64,000 nt of DNA from Alphaproteobacteria bacterium (GCA_965226045.1 CBDDBU010000020.1:17039-81038); one strand, 5' to 3'; counted from the first letter of the stretch, positions 31,266 through 42,336 are shown. The notes: generated from the sequence alone by a model not told the origin. Translations and numbers: made by a program.

Positions 31266-32132
31266 ATGAGCGCAGCCGTCTATCTCGACTACGACCAGGC
31301 CGCGCTCGACGCCCAGTACAACAATCGCGAACGCTTCCCGTTCTACATCGATTACTTCAACAAGTGGCCGGAGTGGAGCCAGCGGACGCGCGAGCGGATC
31401 GGCGGCCACCTCAATGTGGCCTATGGCGACGATCCGGCCGAGACGCTCGATATCTTCCCCGCCGCCGAGGCCGGCGCGCCGGTTCATGTTTTCATCCACG
31501 GCGGCTATTGGTACGCGCTGCACAAGGACGATTTCAGCTTCGTCGCCGAAGGGCTGGTCCCGAACGGCGTCACCAGCGTCATCGTCAACTACGGTCTCGC
31601 GCCGGCCTACCGCATGGACGAGATCGTGCGCCAAAACCGGGCCGCGATCGCCTGGCTGTGGCGCCATATCGCGGGGTTCGGCGCCGATCCCGATCGCATC
31701 TATGTCTGCGGTCAATCGGCCGGCGGCCATCTTCTCGGCATGCTGCTGGCGACCGACTGGCCGGCCTTCGGCGAAGGCCTGCCCCGCGACCCGATCAAAG
31801 GCGGCTGTTCCACCAGCGGGCTGTTCGATCTACAGCCGATCCGGCTCTCCTATCTCAACCAGCACATCCACCTCGACGAGGCGGAAGCCGAGCGCAACAC
31901 GCCGCTACGCGCGAACTTCGAGGTGGCGACGCCGCTGATGATCGTGGTCGGCGAGGGCGAATCCGCCGAGTTCCACCGCCACAACCGCGGGATGGCGGCG
32001 CGCTGGCGGACCCTCGGCTACCCGCTCGAGTTCGTCGAACGCAAGGGCGAGCATCACTTCGCGGTCTGCGACGCGCTGATCGACCCCGACTCAGACCTAG
32101 TCCAAGCCCAGCTCGACGCCTGGGCACGCTGA
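31266..32132 (+). CDS. alpha/beta hydrolase, arylformamidase-like (copy 2)
   Basis: HGGYW, GQSAGGH, HHF; same length as copy 1 and colinear with it. Confidence 0.88.
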   Translation: MSAAVYLDYDQAALDAQYNNRERFPFYIDYFNKWPEWSQRTRERIGGHLNVAYGDDPAETLDIFPAAEAGAPVHVFIHGGYWYALHKDDFSFVAEGLVPNGVTSVIVNYGLAPAYRMDEIVRQNRAAIAWLWRHIAGFGADPDRIYVCGQSAGGHLLGMLLATDWPAFGEGLPRDPIKGGCSTSGLFDLQPIRLSYLNQHIHLDEAEAERNTPLRANFEVATPLMIVVGEGESAEFHRHNRGMAARWRTLGYPLEFVERKGEHHFAVCDALIDPDSDLVQAQLDAWAR

Positions 32133-32146
32133 TCGGCGACCGCCCC

Positions 32147-33304
32147 TCAGGCGGCGCGCGACCACAGCTCGGCGGAGGCGATGCGGGCGCCCTCGACCAG
32201 CGAGCCGAACTTGGCCCAGGCGATCTTCGGGTGGACCTGGGGAAAGCCGGCGAAGGTGGAAAAGCCGCAATCGGCGCCGGCGATCACCCGCTCGCGGCCG
32301 ACGATATCGGCGTAGCGGCGGATGCGCTGAGCCACCAGGCGGGGGTGCTCGATGAAGTTCGAGGTCGAATCGATGACGCCGGGGATGATCACCTTGTCGT
32401 CCGGCACTCTCACGTCGTCGAACACCTCCCACTCGTGCTCGTGACGGGGGTTGGCGCCCTCGACCAACAGGCCGGCGGGGCGCGCCCCGAGCACCACCTC
32501 GGCGATCTCGGCAAACGGAATGTCGCAATGGTGCGGCCCTTGGTAGTTGCCCCAGCAGATGTGCATGCGCATTCGGTCCGGCGCGATGGCGGCGGTGGCA
32601 TGGTTCAGCACCTCGATCTGCCGCGCGGCGATCTTGCGAAAGCTCGCGTCGCTCTCGTCGGGCCACAGCATGTGGCGGCCCATCGCCATGTCCGGGGCGT
32701 CGATCTGGAGTAAAAAGCCGGCCTCGACGATCGCCTCGTACTCCAACCGCATGATCTCGGCCAACGCCTCGAGATAGGCATCGTGGCTCGGGTAATATTC
32801 ATTGCGCATGAACACCGCGACGACACCGGGCGAGGCGGCGTTCATGAACGCCTCGACCGGCCCATGGCGGTCGACCGCGGCCCGCAAGTTGGCGAGATCG
32901 GCGCGCAGCGGCTGGTCGTCGCGAACCGCGATCGGTCCCTGGCATAGCGGCCGCTTGAGCCCGACCGGGACGCCACGCATTTCGATCAGCTGCTGCGAGT
33001 ACTCCGGGTACTCCTCGAGATCGCGCGGCACCCGGCGTCCGCCCTCGCCGCCGAAACCGCTCAGCCGGTCCTTGAGATAGGTCGAGTAGCCGATCTTGCT
33101 CATCTCGCCATCGCTCACGACATCGATGCCGAGATCGACCTGGCGTTTGACGATCTCGTCCACCGATCCGGTGACGCAGGCGTCGAACGCGGCCGGGTCG
33201 TAGGGCTTGCCCGAGTCCTTCGCGAACAACCGGTCGACCAGCTCCTGGGATCGCGGCAGACTGCCGACCTGGGTGGTGAGAATGCGCTCGCTGCTCGGCT
33301 TCAT
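32147..33304 (-). CDS. cobalamin-independent methionine synthase II family (MetE C-terminal-like) protein
   Basis: TTQVGSLPR, SDGE, LQIDAP, HICWGNY, GADCGF. Confidence 0.9.
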   Translation of the reverse strand: MKPSSERILTTQVGSLPRSQELVDRLFAKDSGKPYDPAAFDACVTGSVDEIVKRQVDLGIDVVSDGEMSKIGYSTYLKDRLSGFGGEGGRRVPRDLEEYPEYSQQLIEMRGVPVGLKRPLCQGPIAVRDDQPLRADLANLRAAVDRHGPVEAFMNAASPGVVAVFMRNEYYPSHDAYLEALAEIMRLEYEAIVEAGFLLQIDAPDMAMGRHMLWPDESDASFRKIAARQIEVLNHATAAIAPDRMRMHICWGNYQGPHHCDIPFAEIAEVVLGARPAGLLVEGANPRHEHEWEVFDDVRVPDDKVIIPGVIDSTSNFIEHPRLVAQRIRRYADIVGRERVIAGADCGFSTFAGFPQVHPKIAWAKFGSLVEGARIASAELWSRAA

Positions 33305-33360
33305 CGTCGACCCCGGCTTGACTCGTGCACGGGCGTAGGCGTTAGGCTGTCGCCGACATC

Positions 33361-34736
33361 ATGCGCCAGCACATCCGCTGCGGAAAGCTCTTCACCGGCC
33401 TCGAGGCCGAGGAACGGACCGATCAGACCCTCATCGTCGATGACGAGGGCCGCATCTCGCACGTCGGCCCGACCGCCCAGGCGCCCAAGCCGCGCCGTGG
33501 CGAGGCGGCGGTCGATCACGGCCCCCACTTCGTCATGCCGGGCCTGATCGATTCCCACGTTCACCTGTCGTACGGCAACGCTAAGACCAACGAGGACATG
33601 GACCTGTACGCCTCGGTCGAGTGAAGTTCCGGGCGCTGCGCGGCCTGTACATGGCCGGTCGGGTGCTCGCGGCCGGCGTCACCTCGATGATCGATCCCGG
33701 CAACTCCGGTCGGGTAACGCCAGCCATCCGCGACGCCATCGAGGCCGGCTTGTTCGACGGCCCGCGCATCACCACCACCGGGCCCTACCTGACCTCGCGC
33801 CAGGGCCTCACCGATTGGTACCCGACCTGGATCGGCGTGCCCACGACCGCCATCAGCACTCTGGTGCGCAGCACCGAGGAGGCGATCGAGGCGATTCGCG
33901 TCCAGGTCAAGGACGGCGTCGATGGCATCAAGATCGCGATGGACGGAGTGCAGACCGACACGCGCGGTCGGCTGGTCGCCGCCTTCACCCAACAGGAGAC
34001 CGCGGCGATGGTCACCGAGGCCCACCGGCTCGGGCGCTTTGTCATCGTCCATGCCCGGGGCGCCGAGGCGGTGCTGTATGCGGCCCGCGCCGGAGTCGAC
34101 ATCATCTTTCACGCCTCCTACATGGACCAGGCGGGACTCGACGCCGTGCTGGAACACGGCTCCGCCCTGTGCCCGACCCTCACCTTCTTGCGCAACTGCG
34201 CCGAGTTCAGCCAAGCCGATGAGCCCGCGTTCCGCAAGGGACGCGCCGCCGCCAACGCGCGCGAGTACGACACTGCGTGCACCACGCTACGGACCGCTCG
34301 CGAGGCCGGCGCGCCGTTCCTGGTCGGCACCGATTCCGGATTCGCCGTCACCCCCTATGGCGAGTGGCACGCCCGTGAGCTGGGGATTTTCGTCGAACAC
34401 CTCGGCTTCAGCCCGGCCGAGGCGCTCCAATGCGCGACCGCCGGCAGCACCCGATTCCTGCGTCAGCGTGACACTGTCGGGGCGTTGACGCCCGGCCGGT
34501 GGGCCGACCTCGTGGTGCTCGATACGAGCCCGCTCGACGACATCGGCATTCTGCTCGATCGCGACCGCGTTCAGCGCGTGATGCTGGGCGGCACGACGGC
34601 CGAGGCCGCACCGCGCGCCTACGCCGAGCGCAAGGTGAGCGAGTTCAGCTTCCGCAACTGGGACAACATCTACACCCGCGAAAGCGTCGCGGCGGCGGCC
34701 CCGCCCGCGAAGAAACGGCGACTACGCGCTGTTTGA
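33361..34736 (+). pseudogene. metal-dependent amidohydrolase, frameshifted at ~33622
   Basis: MPGLIDSHVH, DGIK, VHARG, FHA, VGTDSG, GRWADLVV. Removing a 5-bp insert (TGAAG) restores the frame. Confidence 0.85.
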
Positions 34737-34798
34737 GCCTTGCCCGCGCCCTCCCCAATGACTAATCTAATTAGCTAAGTTTTAGTGGGAGACGTGAA

Positions 34799-35029
34799 AT
34801 GACGACGGTCACGATCCACCAGGCGAAGACGCTGCTTTCGCAGCTGATCCGGCGCGCTTGCGAGGGCGAGGAGATCGTGATCGCGCGCGGCAAGAACCCC
34901 GTCGCCCGCCTCGAACCGATCGACAAAGGGCAACATCGCGGCTTCGGGGCGATGAAGGGTCGAGCGCGGGTCGATGCACGCTTCTTCGAACCTCTGTCCG
35001 ACGAAGATCTCGCCGCATGGGAGCGCTAG
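34799..35029 (+). CDS. Phd/YefM-family antitoxin
   Basis: TIHQAKTLLSQLI...GEEIVIARGKNPVARL; AT-rich palindromic operator-like sequence at 34761-34787. Confidence 0.9.
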   Translation: MTTVTIHQAKTLLSQLIRRACEGEEIVIARGKNPVARLEPIDKGQHRGFGAMKGRARVDARFFEPLSDEDLAAWER

Positions 35030-35425
35030 GTGCTGCGGGTCTTGCTCGACACGCACGCCTTCCTCTGGTGGCTCGACGGTGATCGCCGGCTCCCCCGGTC
35101 AATCCGCGAACTGGTGGCCGAGGAGGCCAATGTCGTTCTGGTGAGCGCCGCGTCGGCCTGGGAAATATGCACCAAGGCGCGCCTCGGGAAACTGCCCGGC
35201 GCGGCCGACGTGGCGGCCCACGTGACCGCCGTGGTCAGCGGCCAGGGGTTTGCGGCGCTTTCGATCACGATGGCCCATGCCCAACGCGCGGGCGAACTGC
35301 CCGGTCCGTTGCGCGACCCGTTCGACCGCATGTTGATCGCTCAGTCACTGATCGAGGACGTGCCGCTGGTGACCAACGAGCGTGCGTTCGACCGCTACGG
35401 CGGCCTTAGTCGGCTGTGGACCTAA
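35030..35425 (+). CDS. vapC: PIN-domain VapC toxin
   Basis: LLDTHAFLWW, SAASAWE, RDPFDRMLIAQ. Confidence 0.9.
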   Translation: MLRVLLDTHAFLWWLDGDRRLPRSIRELVAEEANVVLVSAASAWEICTKARLGKLPGAADVAAHVTAVVSGQGFAALSITMAHAQRAGELPGPLRDPFDRMLIAQSLIEDVPLVTNERAFDRYGGLSRLWT

Positions 35426-35467
35426 CGCGCGCCCGGCGCGGCGCCGATCGAGATCGAGGCAGGTCAT

Positions 35468-35978
35468 TTGAACAACGTGGTCATTCGCGCAGCCACTGCG
35501 GCCGACGCCGCTCGGATCGCCGAACTCGCGCACGCGTTCAGCGTCTTCGAGGGCACCGCGATGGCCCAAGGCACTGGCGAGGGCATGTACTGCGCAGCGA
35601 GCATCCGCGCGGACGCCTTTGGTCCAACACCGGCATTCGCCGTGCTGCTGGCCGAGAACGCCGGCGAGGTCGTAGGCTTCGCGGCGTACTGCGATCTCTA
35701 CAACTCCGATCATGGCGTGCGCGGCGCCTGGCTCGCTGACTCTGTTCGTCATCGAATCGGCGCGCGGACATGGCAGTGGCCGCCAGCTCGTCTCCGCTGT
35801 CGCCCGGGCCGCCACCGAAGGCGGTGCCAAATCGCTGTCGTGGGCTGTGTGCTCGGCCAACCGCGCGGCCCGCGCCTTCTACCAGCAACTGGGCGCGCGC
35901 GACGAGGACACCCGTCTCCTGGAATTCGACGGCGACGCGCTGAGCCGCCTGGCCGACGCTGCCGATCAGCCGAAGTAG
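35468..35978 (+). pseudogene. GNAT acetyltransferase, frameshifted at ~35740
   Basis: IRAATAADA...GAWLAD continues as LFVIESARGHGSGRQL...ARAFYQQLG in another frame. Confidence 0.8.
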
Positions 35979-36742
35979 AAGTTGGCCATTAGCGCGTTGA
36001 CGTCACTCGCCCGCTCGATCGGCGTCCAATGGCCGCACTCGGGCAGGATGCGCACTTGCGCGCCCTTGATAGCCTTGCCGAGCTTCTGCACTGAAGCTGG
36101 TGGCGCCACACCGTCTTCGTCGCCCGTGATCAGCAGGGTGCGGCACTTGATCTTGGCGAGGGCGGCGGATTTGGCATCGGCTAGCGCCTCGCAGGTCGCG
36201 GCATAGCCTTCGGCCGGCTGGCGCATCAGGATTTCGCGGACCAAGGCCGCGATCTCGGGGCGGTGCACCCGAGTTGTGGCTGAAATGGCGACCTGCACCA
36301 GCGCATCGGCGATCGGCGCCATGCCACCGGCCCGGGCGGCCTTGGCGCGATCACGCATCACCCCACGCGCGGGCGGTGGCGGCTCGGCGAGCGGGCCGAG
36401 CAGCACCATGGTGGATACCCGGGTCGGGTGCGCGGCGGCGATGTGCTGGCAGACGATGGTGCCCATCGAGTGACCAACGAGGTGGGCGCGGCGGATCTTC
36501 CGCGCCTTCATGAGTGCCACGGTGTCGGCGACGAAGCCCTCGATCGAGAGCGCCTTGCTCTGGAGCGGCGAGCGGCCAGAGCCCTCGAGATCCGGGCGAA
36601 TCACCATGAAGCTGCGCGCCAGCAGCGCGGCTTGGGGATAATAGGCGTTGGAGGTGCCGCCAAGGCCATGCACCATGATGACGGTCTCAGACCCCTCGCC
36701 TTGGCTCTCCACAGCGAGCGTCTTGCCGTTGATGTGTTCCAT
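35966..36742 (-). CDS. alpha/beta hydrolase (enol-lactonase-like)
   Basis: HGLGG, GHSMG, GDED, CGHW. Confidence 0.88.
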   Translation of the reverse strand: MEHINGKTLAVESQGEGSETVIMVHGLGGTSNAYYPQAALLARSFMVIRPDLEGSGRSPLQSKALSIEGFVADTVALMKARKIRRAHLVGHSMGTIVCQHIAAAHPTRVSTMVLLGPLAEPPPPARGVMRDRAKAARAGGMAPIADALVQVAISATTRVHRPEIAALVREILMRQPAEGYAATCEALADAKSAALAKIKCRTLLITGDEDGVAPPASVQKLGKAIKGAQVRILPECGHWTPIERASDVNALMANFYFG

Positions 36743-37159
36743 GCGATGCCTCCCTGGTCCTGGATTAATCTTTGTAGCTCGGGTCCTCGCGGTCGAGCCG
36801 GCGCATCATCGCGCGGAAGCCGATCTCGCCGAAGCTTGCATCGCCGGTGCCTTGACCAATCTTGGCGGTGCGCGCGATCACCCTTTTGCCGGGTAAAGCC
36901 AGCTCGCCGCCGCCGGCCAGCGCCGCCACCTGAATGGCGCAGGTGCGTTCGAGATAATGCATGAGCGTGTAGGCCTCGGCGACCGTCCGGCCCCAGGTCA
37001 GGGTGCCGTGATTGCGCAGAAACATCATCCGCCGGCCGCCGAGGTGTGGAACGGCGTGCAAAGTTGACCCCTGTTGAGGGGTGATCGGCGTCCAAATTTG
37101 ACCCCCTGAGCCTGGCTAGTCCAAGTCACCTCGTTTTTGGGCGGACGAGGTGGTGGGGG

Positions 37160-38671
37160 ATGTTGGTCGTGGAGACGATAGCGCGGATCCGGCGGGAGTA
37201 TTTCGTCAAGGGGAAGCCGATCAAGGAGATCGTGCGGGACGTGAAGGTCTCGCGCAACACGGTGCGCAAGGTGATCCGTTCGCAGGCGACGGCGTTCACC
37301 TACGACCGGCGGGTCCAGCCGATGCCGAAGCTGGGGCCGTGGACGGCCGAGCTGGAGCGGATGCTGGAGGCCAACGAGACCAAGTCGAAGCGGGAGCGGC
37401 TGACGCTGCTACGGATCTCCGAAGCCCTCGAGGGTCTGGGCTATGGCGGCGGCTACGACGCGGTGCGGCGCTACGCCAAGGCGTGGCGGTGGCGCCGTTG
37501 GGCATCGACGGCGCAGACCTATGTGCCGTTGGTGTTCTCGCCGGGCGAGGCCTATCAGTTCGACTGGAGCCACGAGTACGTGGTGCTGGCGGGGGTGACG
37601 ACCAAGGTCAAGGTCGCGCACGTCCGGCTGTGCCACAGCCGAATGTTCTTCGTCCGCGCTTATCCGCGCGAGAGCCAGGAGATGGTGTTCGACGCCCACG
37701 ACCGGGCATTCCGGCTGTTCCAGGGTGCCTGCCGGCGAGGCATCTACGACAACATGAAGACGGCGGTGCAGACCGTCCTCATCGGCAAGGAGCGCGCGTT
37801 CAACCGGCGCTTCGTGCAGATGTGTGGCCACTACCTGGTCGAACCGACAGCATGCACGCCGGGAGCGGGATGGGAGAAGGGGCAGGTCGAGAACCAGGTC
37901 GGGATCATCCGCGGTCGGTTCTTCACCCCGCGGCTGCGCTTCAAGACCTACGACGAGCTCAACGCCTGGCTCTTGGACCAGTGCGTCGCCTACGCCCGGC
38001 GTCATCCCCACCCGGTGTTCAAGGACAGGACTGTCTGGCAGGTGTTCGAGGACGAGCGTCCGTCCCTGGTCGGCTATCGCGGGCCGTTCGACGGCTTCCA
38101 CGCGGTCCCGGCGTCGGTGTCGAAGACCTGCCTGGTGCGCTTCGACAGCAACAAGTACAGCGTGGCGGCGCGCGCCGTCGGCCGTCCGGTCGAGGTCCAT
38201 GCCTACGCCGATCGCATCGTCATCCGCCAGGACGGCGAGATCGTCGCCGAGCATGCCCGGCGCTTCGGCCGCGACCAGACCGTCTATGACCCGTGGCACT
38301 AGGTGCCCGTGCTGGCGAGGAAGCCCGGTGCGCTTCGTAACGGCGCGCCGTTCAAGGACTGGGCGCTGCCCGGCGCCCTGGGTCGCGTGCGCGTCCGGCT
38401 CGCCGGCCACGACGACGGCGACAGGCAGATGGTCGAGATCCTCACCGCCGTGCTGGCGGATGGGCTGGCGGCGGTGGAGGCCGCCTGTGCCGAGGCGCTC
38501 GCTGGCGGCGTGTGCAGCGCCGACGTCGTGCTCAACATCCTCAATCGTCGGCGCCAGCCGTCCGAGACGGCGCCGATCCCGACGCCCGCGAACCTGCGTC
38601 TTCGCTTTGAGCCGGTGGCCGATTGCACCCGCTACGACCGCTTGAGGGGGGTCGGCCATGGAGCGCCATGA
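37160..38671 (+). pseudogene. istA: IS21 transposase with an in-frame TAG at 38300-38302
   Basis: YQFDW, YDNMKTAV, EKGQVE. DPWH*VPVL replaces the usual DPWHYVPVL. Confidence 0.9.
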
Positions 38672-39386
38672 GGTCCTGGAGATGATGGCCGCACTCAAGC
38701 TCGCCGGCATGCGCGACGCGTTCGACGAGGTGCTCGCCGACGGCCTCAAGCGCCAGCATCCGATGCAGCGAATCATCGGCGAGCTGTTGAAGGCCGAGAT
38801 CGCCGACAAGCAGGCGCGATCCATCAAGTACCAGATGAGTGGCGCCAAGCTGCCGCTGGCCAAGGAGCTGGCCGACTTCGACTTCACCGACACCCCGGTC
38901 AACGAGCCGCTGGTCCGCGAGTTGGCGGTCGGCGGCTTCCTGGCCAACCAGCGCAACGCCGTGCTGATCGGCGGCACCGGCACCGGCAAGAGCCATCTCG
39001 CCGTCGCCATCGCGCGGGCCTGCATCCGCGATGGCGCCCGGGGCCGCTTCTTCAACGTCGTCGACCTGGTCAACCGGCTCGAGGCCGAAGCCCGCGCCGG
39101 CCGCCAGGGCCGGCTCGCCGATCAGCTGGCCCGGCGCGACCTCGTCATCCTCGACGAGCTCGGCTACCTGCCCTTCGCCCAAACCGGAGGCCAGCTGCTG
39201 TTCCACCTCGTCAGCCGGCTCTACGAGCGCACCTCGATCATCGTCACCACCAACCTGACCTTCGGCGAATGGCCGTCCGTCTTCGGCGACGCCAAGATGA
39301 CCACCGCGCTCCTCGATCGTCTGACGCACCACTGCGAGATCATCGAGACCGGAAACGACTCCTGGCGCTTCAAGAATCGGTCCTAA
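38658..39386 (+). CDS. istB: IS21 AAA+ helper ATPase
   Basis: [26 protein letters not shown]. Confidence 0.95.
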   Translation: MERHEVLEMMAALKLAGMRDAFDEVLADGLKRQHPMQRIIGELLKAEIADKQARSIKYQMSGAKLPLAKELADFDFTDTPVNEPLVRELAVGGFLANQRNAVLIGGTGTGKSHLAVAIARACIRDGARGRFFNVVDLVNRLEAEARAGRQGRLADQLARRDLVILDELGYLPFAQTGGQLLFHLVSRLYERTSIIVTTNLTFGEWPSVFGDAKMTTALLDRLTHHCEIIETGNDSWRFKNRS

Positions 39387-40099
39387 AGGCAACCGATCCA
39401 CCTGCGGCCCGGTCGCCCAGGTGGCCCCACAGGAACCTCCCACACGCGGTCCGCCGCCAGCCGCGTGGTGGGCGCGTCGGCCCGCGCGCGGGCCCCTCCT
39501 ATGGACTACCTGTACGACCTCCGCCGTGCATCCCCAAAGGGGTCAACATTGCACGCCGATAGGGGGTCAATGTTCAACGCCGATTGACAGACCGAGGTCC
39601 TTGACGAAGCGCCGCTGCTCGACCGGCCTGAGACCGGGGCCGTCATAGGCGTGATAGGCGACCTGTCCGGCATGGGTCACGGCGAACTGGTTGATCGGCA
39701 GCAGCCCCTCTTTCTGCGCCGAAACCGCCACCCCGGCTACCGTGTGCAGGTGCATGGCGCATCGCGCCTCGGGCGCCGCCTCGTAGACCGTGCGATGGAC
39801 GACCCATCCGGCGGGGTTCACCTGATCGGGGCCGCCGCCGATGTTGGCGCCGTCGAGATCCACCGTCATCAGTCGCGAGGCGGTCATTTCGCCGAACAGC
39901 AGGCCAAAGCCGATGAACAGAAATTCGTTCTCTGTGTCCGGAATGCGGGCCGACAGATGCGTGTAGATAGAATCGTCCATGCCACGGCGGGCGAAGTCGC
40001 GATAACAGGCGGCGAGCTCGATCCGCGCCTCCCGCTCCGCCCGCGTTTGGCGACGCACGGTGGCTCTCTTCTTCAGGTGACGCGCCATCGCCACTCTCC

Positions 40100-41002
40100 T
40101 CAGCCCGCGAAACGCGGCTCGGGGAGGCCGCGAACCCCCAGCCCCCGCACCTCGAACAAGCCGCCAGCCGTCGGCTCAGGGCCGGCTTCCTTGACGAAAT
40201 GCCCGTGCGGAGGATGCACCACTCGAGCTAGCGACGTTACATAAAGCACGTCCAGATTGTCGCCGCCGAACATCACGCTGGTCAAGTTGCGAATGGGAAA
40301 GGGGATGTCACGGTCGATGGTCCCGTCAGGGGCATAGCGAATGAGCCGGCCCGAAACCACTTGAGCGTTCCAGATGTAGCCCTCTTCATCGACGGTCGAG
40401 CCATCGCAGCCGCCCGGCTCCCCCCTGAGGTCGACCAGCGCGCGTTTGTTGGAAATCGCGCCGGCCTCGATGTCGTAGTCGTAGGCCCAGATCGTCTCCC
40501 AGGTCTCGGCGCAATAGAACGTGCGATCGTCGGGACTCCAGCACGGCATGTTGAAACACTGGATGCCGTCGGCGACCTTGGTCACCGTCATGTCAGGATC
40601 GAGCCGGTAAAGCCCCGAGATGTAGTCCGATTCATGCTGGTCCATGCCGCCCGCGAAGAAGCGGCCGCGGCGGTCGCACTTGCCGTCGTTGAGGCGGGTG
40701 CGCGGCTGGTCGGCTTCAACCTCGACGATCAGCTCGCACTGGCCGCTGTCGAAGTCGAAGGTATGAAAGCCGTTGCGCAGCGCCAGAACGGCCCCGCCCC
40801 GCTCCCGCAGCGCCATCGAGCCGATGTCGTGTGGTAGAGGCCAGGCCTTGACGGCGCGATCGCGCGGATCGTAGCGGTTGACCGAGGGCCCGAGCCTGGG
40901 GTCAAGACTGTTGACCCAAAAAAGGACGCCATCGACCGGGTCCCAAACCGGCCCCTCGCCCAGCTCGTACCGGGCATCCACCACCAACTCGATGTCTGGC
41001 AT
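40100..41002 (-). CDS. SMP-30/gluconolactonase/LRE family protein
   Basis: LGEGPVWD, RLNDGKCD, DGSTVDEEG, FGGDNLDVLYVTS. Confidence 0.92.
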   Translation of the reverse strand: MPDIELVVDARYELGEGPVWDPVDGVLFWVNSLDPRLGPSVNRYDPRDRAVKAWPLPHDIGSMALRERGGAVLALRNGFHTFDFDSGQCELIVEVEADQPRTRLNDGKCDRRGRFFAGGMDQHESDYISGLYRLDPDMTVTKVADGIQCFNMPCWSPDDRTFYCAETWETIWAYDYDIEAGAISNKRALVDLRGEPGGCDGSTVDEEGYIWNAQVVSGRLIRYAPDGTIDRDIPFPIRNLTSVMFGGDNLDVLYVTSLARVVHPPHGHFVKEAGPEPTAGGLFEVRGLGVRGLPEPRFAG

Positions 41003-41141
41003 CGCCAACCTCACAGCACCGGTGCGCGCATTCTAGTCGGGCCGGGAGGCGCGCGCCACGAGCGAGCGCCCGTCCGTTTATCCGTGCCGCCGTTTGCGCC
41101 ATAGTGCCAGCCGCGAACCGTGCCGCGAAGGAGGCTAATCG

Positions 41142-41620
41142 ATGGGCAGCTGGCTGGACACCAACCGGGGGGCGGTGCACCCCTGGGAGACCGACTCGTT
41201 CGGCCACATGAACATCCGCTTCTACATGATCGCCTATGCCGACGCGGCCTGGCACCTCGCACACGCGATGGGCATGAGCCCGAACTACATGCGGGCCGAG
41301 AACCGCGGCATCGCCACCGTGCGCACCGACATTCACTACCTGCGCGAACTGCGTGAGGGAGACATCTGGCATATCCGCTCGGGCTTCACCCACATCGGCA
41401 ACAGCTCGTTCCGGTTCATGCAGGAGATGTACAACTCCGAGACCGGGTTGCTGGCCTCGACCTACGACGCGGCGGCGATCCACCTCGATCTCGAGGCCCG
41501 CAGAGGGGTGCGCATCCCCGATTAGGGAACGCCGGGCACATGGGCGTCCCATTGCGCCAGGCGGCCCAAGCCCACATGGTCGAGGCCACGCCGCGCGAGG
41601 GGGGAGACAGACATCGCTAG
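41142..41620 (+). pseudogene. 4HBT-type acyl-CoA thioesterase, 3' end disrupted by a 32-bp insertion
   Basis: WETDSFGHMN. Premature TAG at 41523; the likely native tail RQAAQAHMVEA...* follows at 41555-41620. Confidence 0.75.
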
Positions 41621-41634
41621 GGAACGCCGGGCAC

Positions 41635-41669
41635 AAAAAAACGGGCGTCCAGCGAGGGCCGGACGCCCG
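41635..41669 (-). terminator. rho-independent terminator
   Basis: 9-bp stem CGGGCGTCC/GGACGCCCG followed by T7 on the minus strand. Confidence 0.8.
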
Positions 41670-42053
41670 GAGGAGGAACTTCGATCGTCTAGCGCTAGCC
41701 CCCGCGCGCGGCCGTGCTCGTCGCGCCGAAGACCTTGATGGGCGTCCCATTGGCGGCGCGCATTTCCAGCACGGGCGGCCGCTGCGTGCCGTCGAGAAGC
41801 GGGACGACGGCGCGTGGATCGAGCGGGACGGGCAGAGCTGGTTCCGGGTGGCGGCGACGCCGAGGACGATCATTTCGCGTCCAGCGGTTGCTCGGGCAAA
41901 CGTTCCCACTGGCGCCTCGCCTCGATCCAGTGGCGAAATGTCGTCGATCGCTTCAACTTTAGTCATGAATTCCCCCCATCCCATGGTGTCTGAAGACCCT
42001 CTATCTATCAAGATGGCGACCGAGCACCCCGCCCGAGAAAATAGGGTTATTCC

Positions 42054-42205
42054 TTAGTGGCTCGCCCAAATTCCCTTAGTATGTGGACCGATAGCGGTCA
42101 CGGCGAGGCGGGCGTCGCCCCCCTGGATCCAGCGGCGTATGGCATGCGCTGGCGGATCGCCGGCGGACAGGCTGTGCTGACCTTCCGCGCCCTGATCAAA
42201 TCGCC
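42054..42205 (+). mobile_element. IS remnant (ISKra4-like transposase C-terminal fragment)
   Basis: GMRWRIAGGQAVLTFRALIKS. Confidence 0.5.
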
Positions 42206-42336
42206 CTCGTTATCGCGTGAGGCGCGGGATGGGGGCCACTTGACACTTCGCTAATTCGTACAGCCGCCATCGCAGTGGCTCATGGCTATCGTCGACGGCG
42301 TCGTCGTCAACGGCGCCAAATCGCCGACTCAATGTT

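Larger units (their letters stand above)
37045..39589 (+). mobile_element. IS21-family insertion sequence
   Basis: TGT...ACA ends, repeated TTGACCCC/GGGGTCAA subterminal motifs, CCGAGG present on both flanks. Confidence 0.93.
36765..40094 (-). pseudogene. class II aldolase/adducin-family gene interrupted by IS21
   Basis: N-half YTHLSAR...HLHT...KDLG (39590-40094); C-half GRRMMFLRNHG (36765-37044). Confidence 0.92.

Noticed and set aside
11634-38302. Stop-codon reassignment explaining the in-frame stops
   Set aside because: The stops are mixed TAG and TAA, both codons end normal genes here, and one stop lies inside an insertion.
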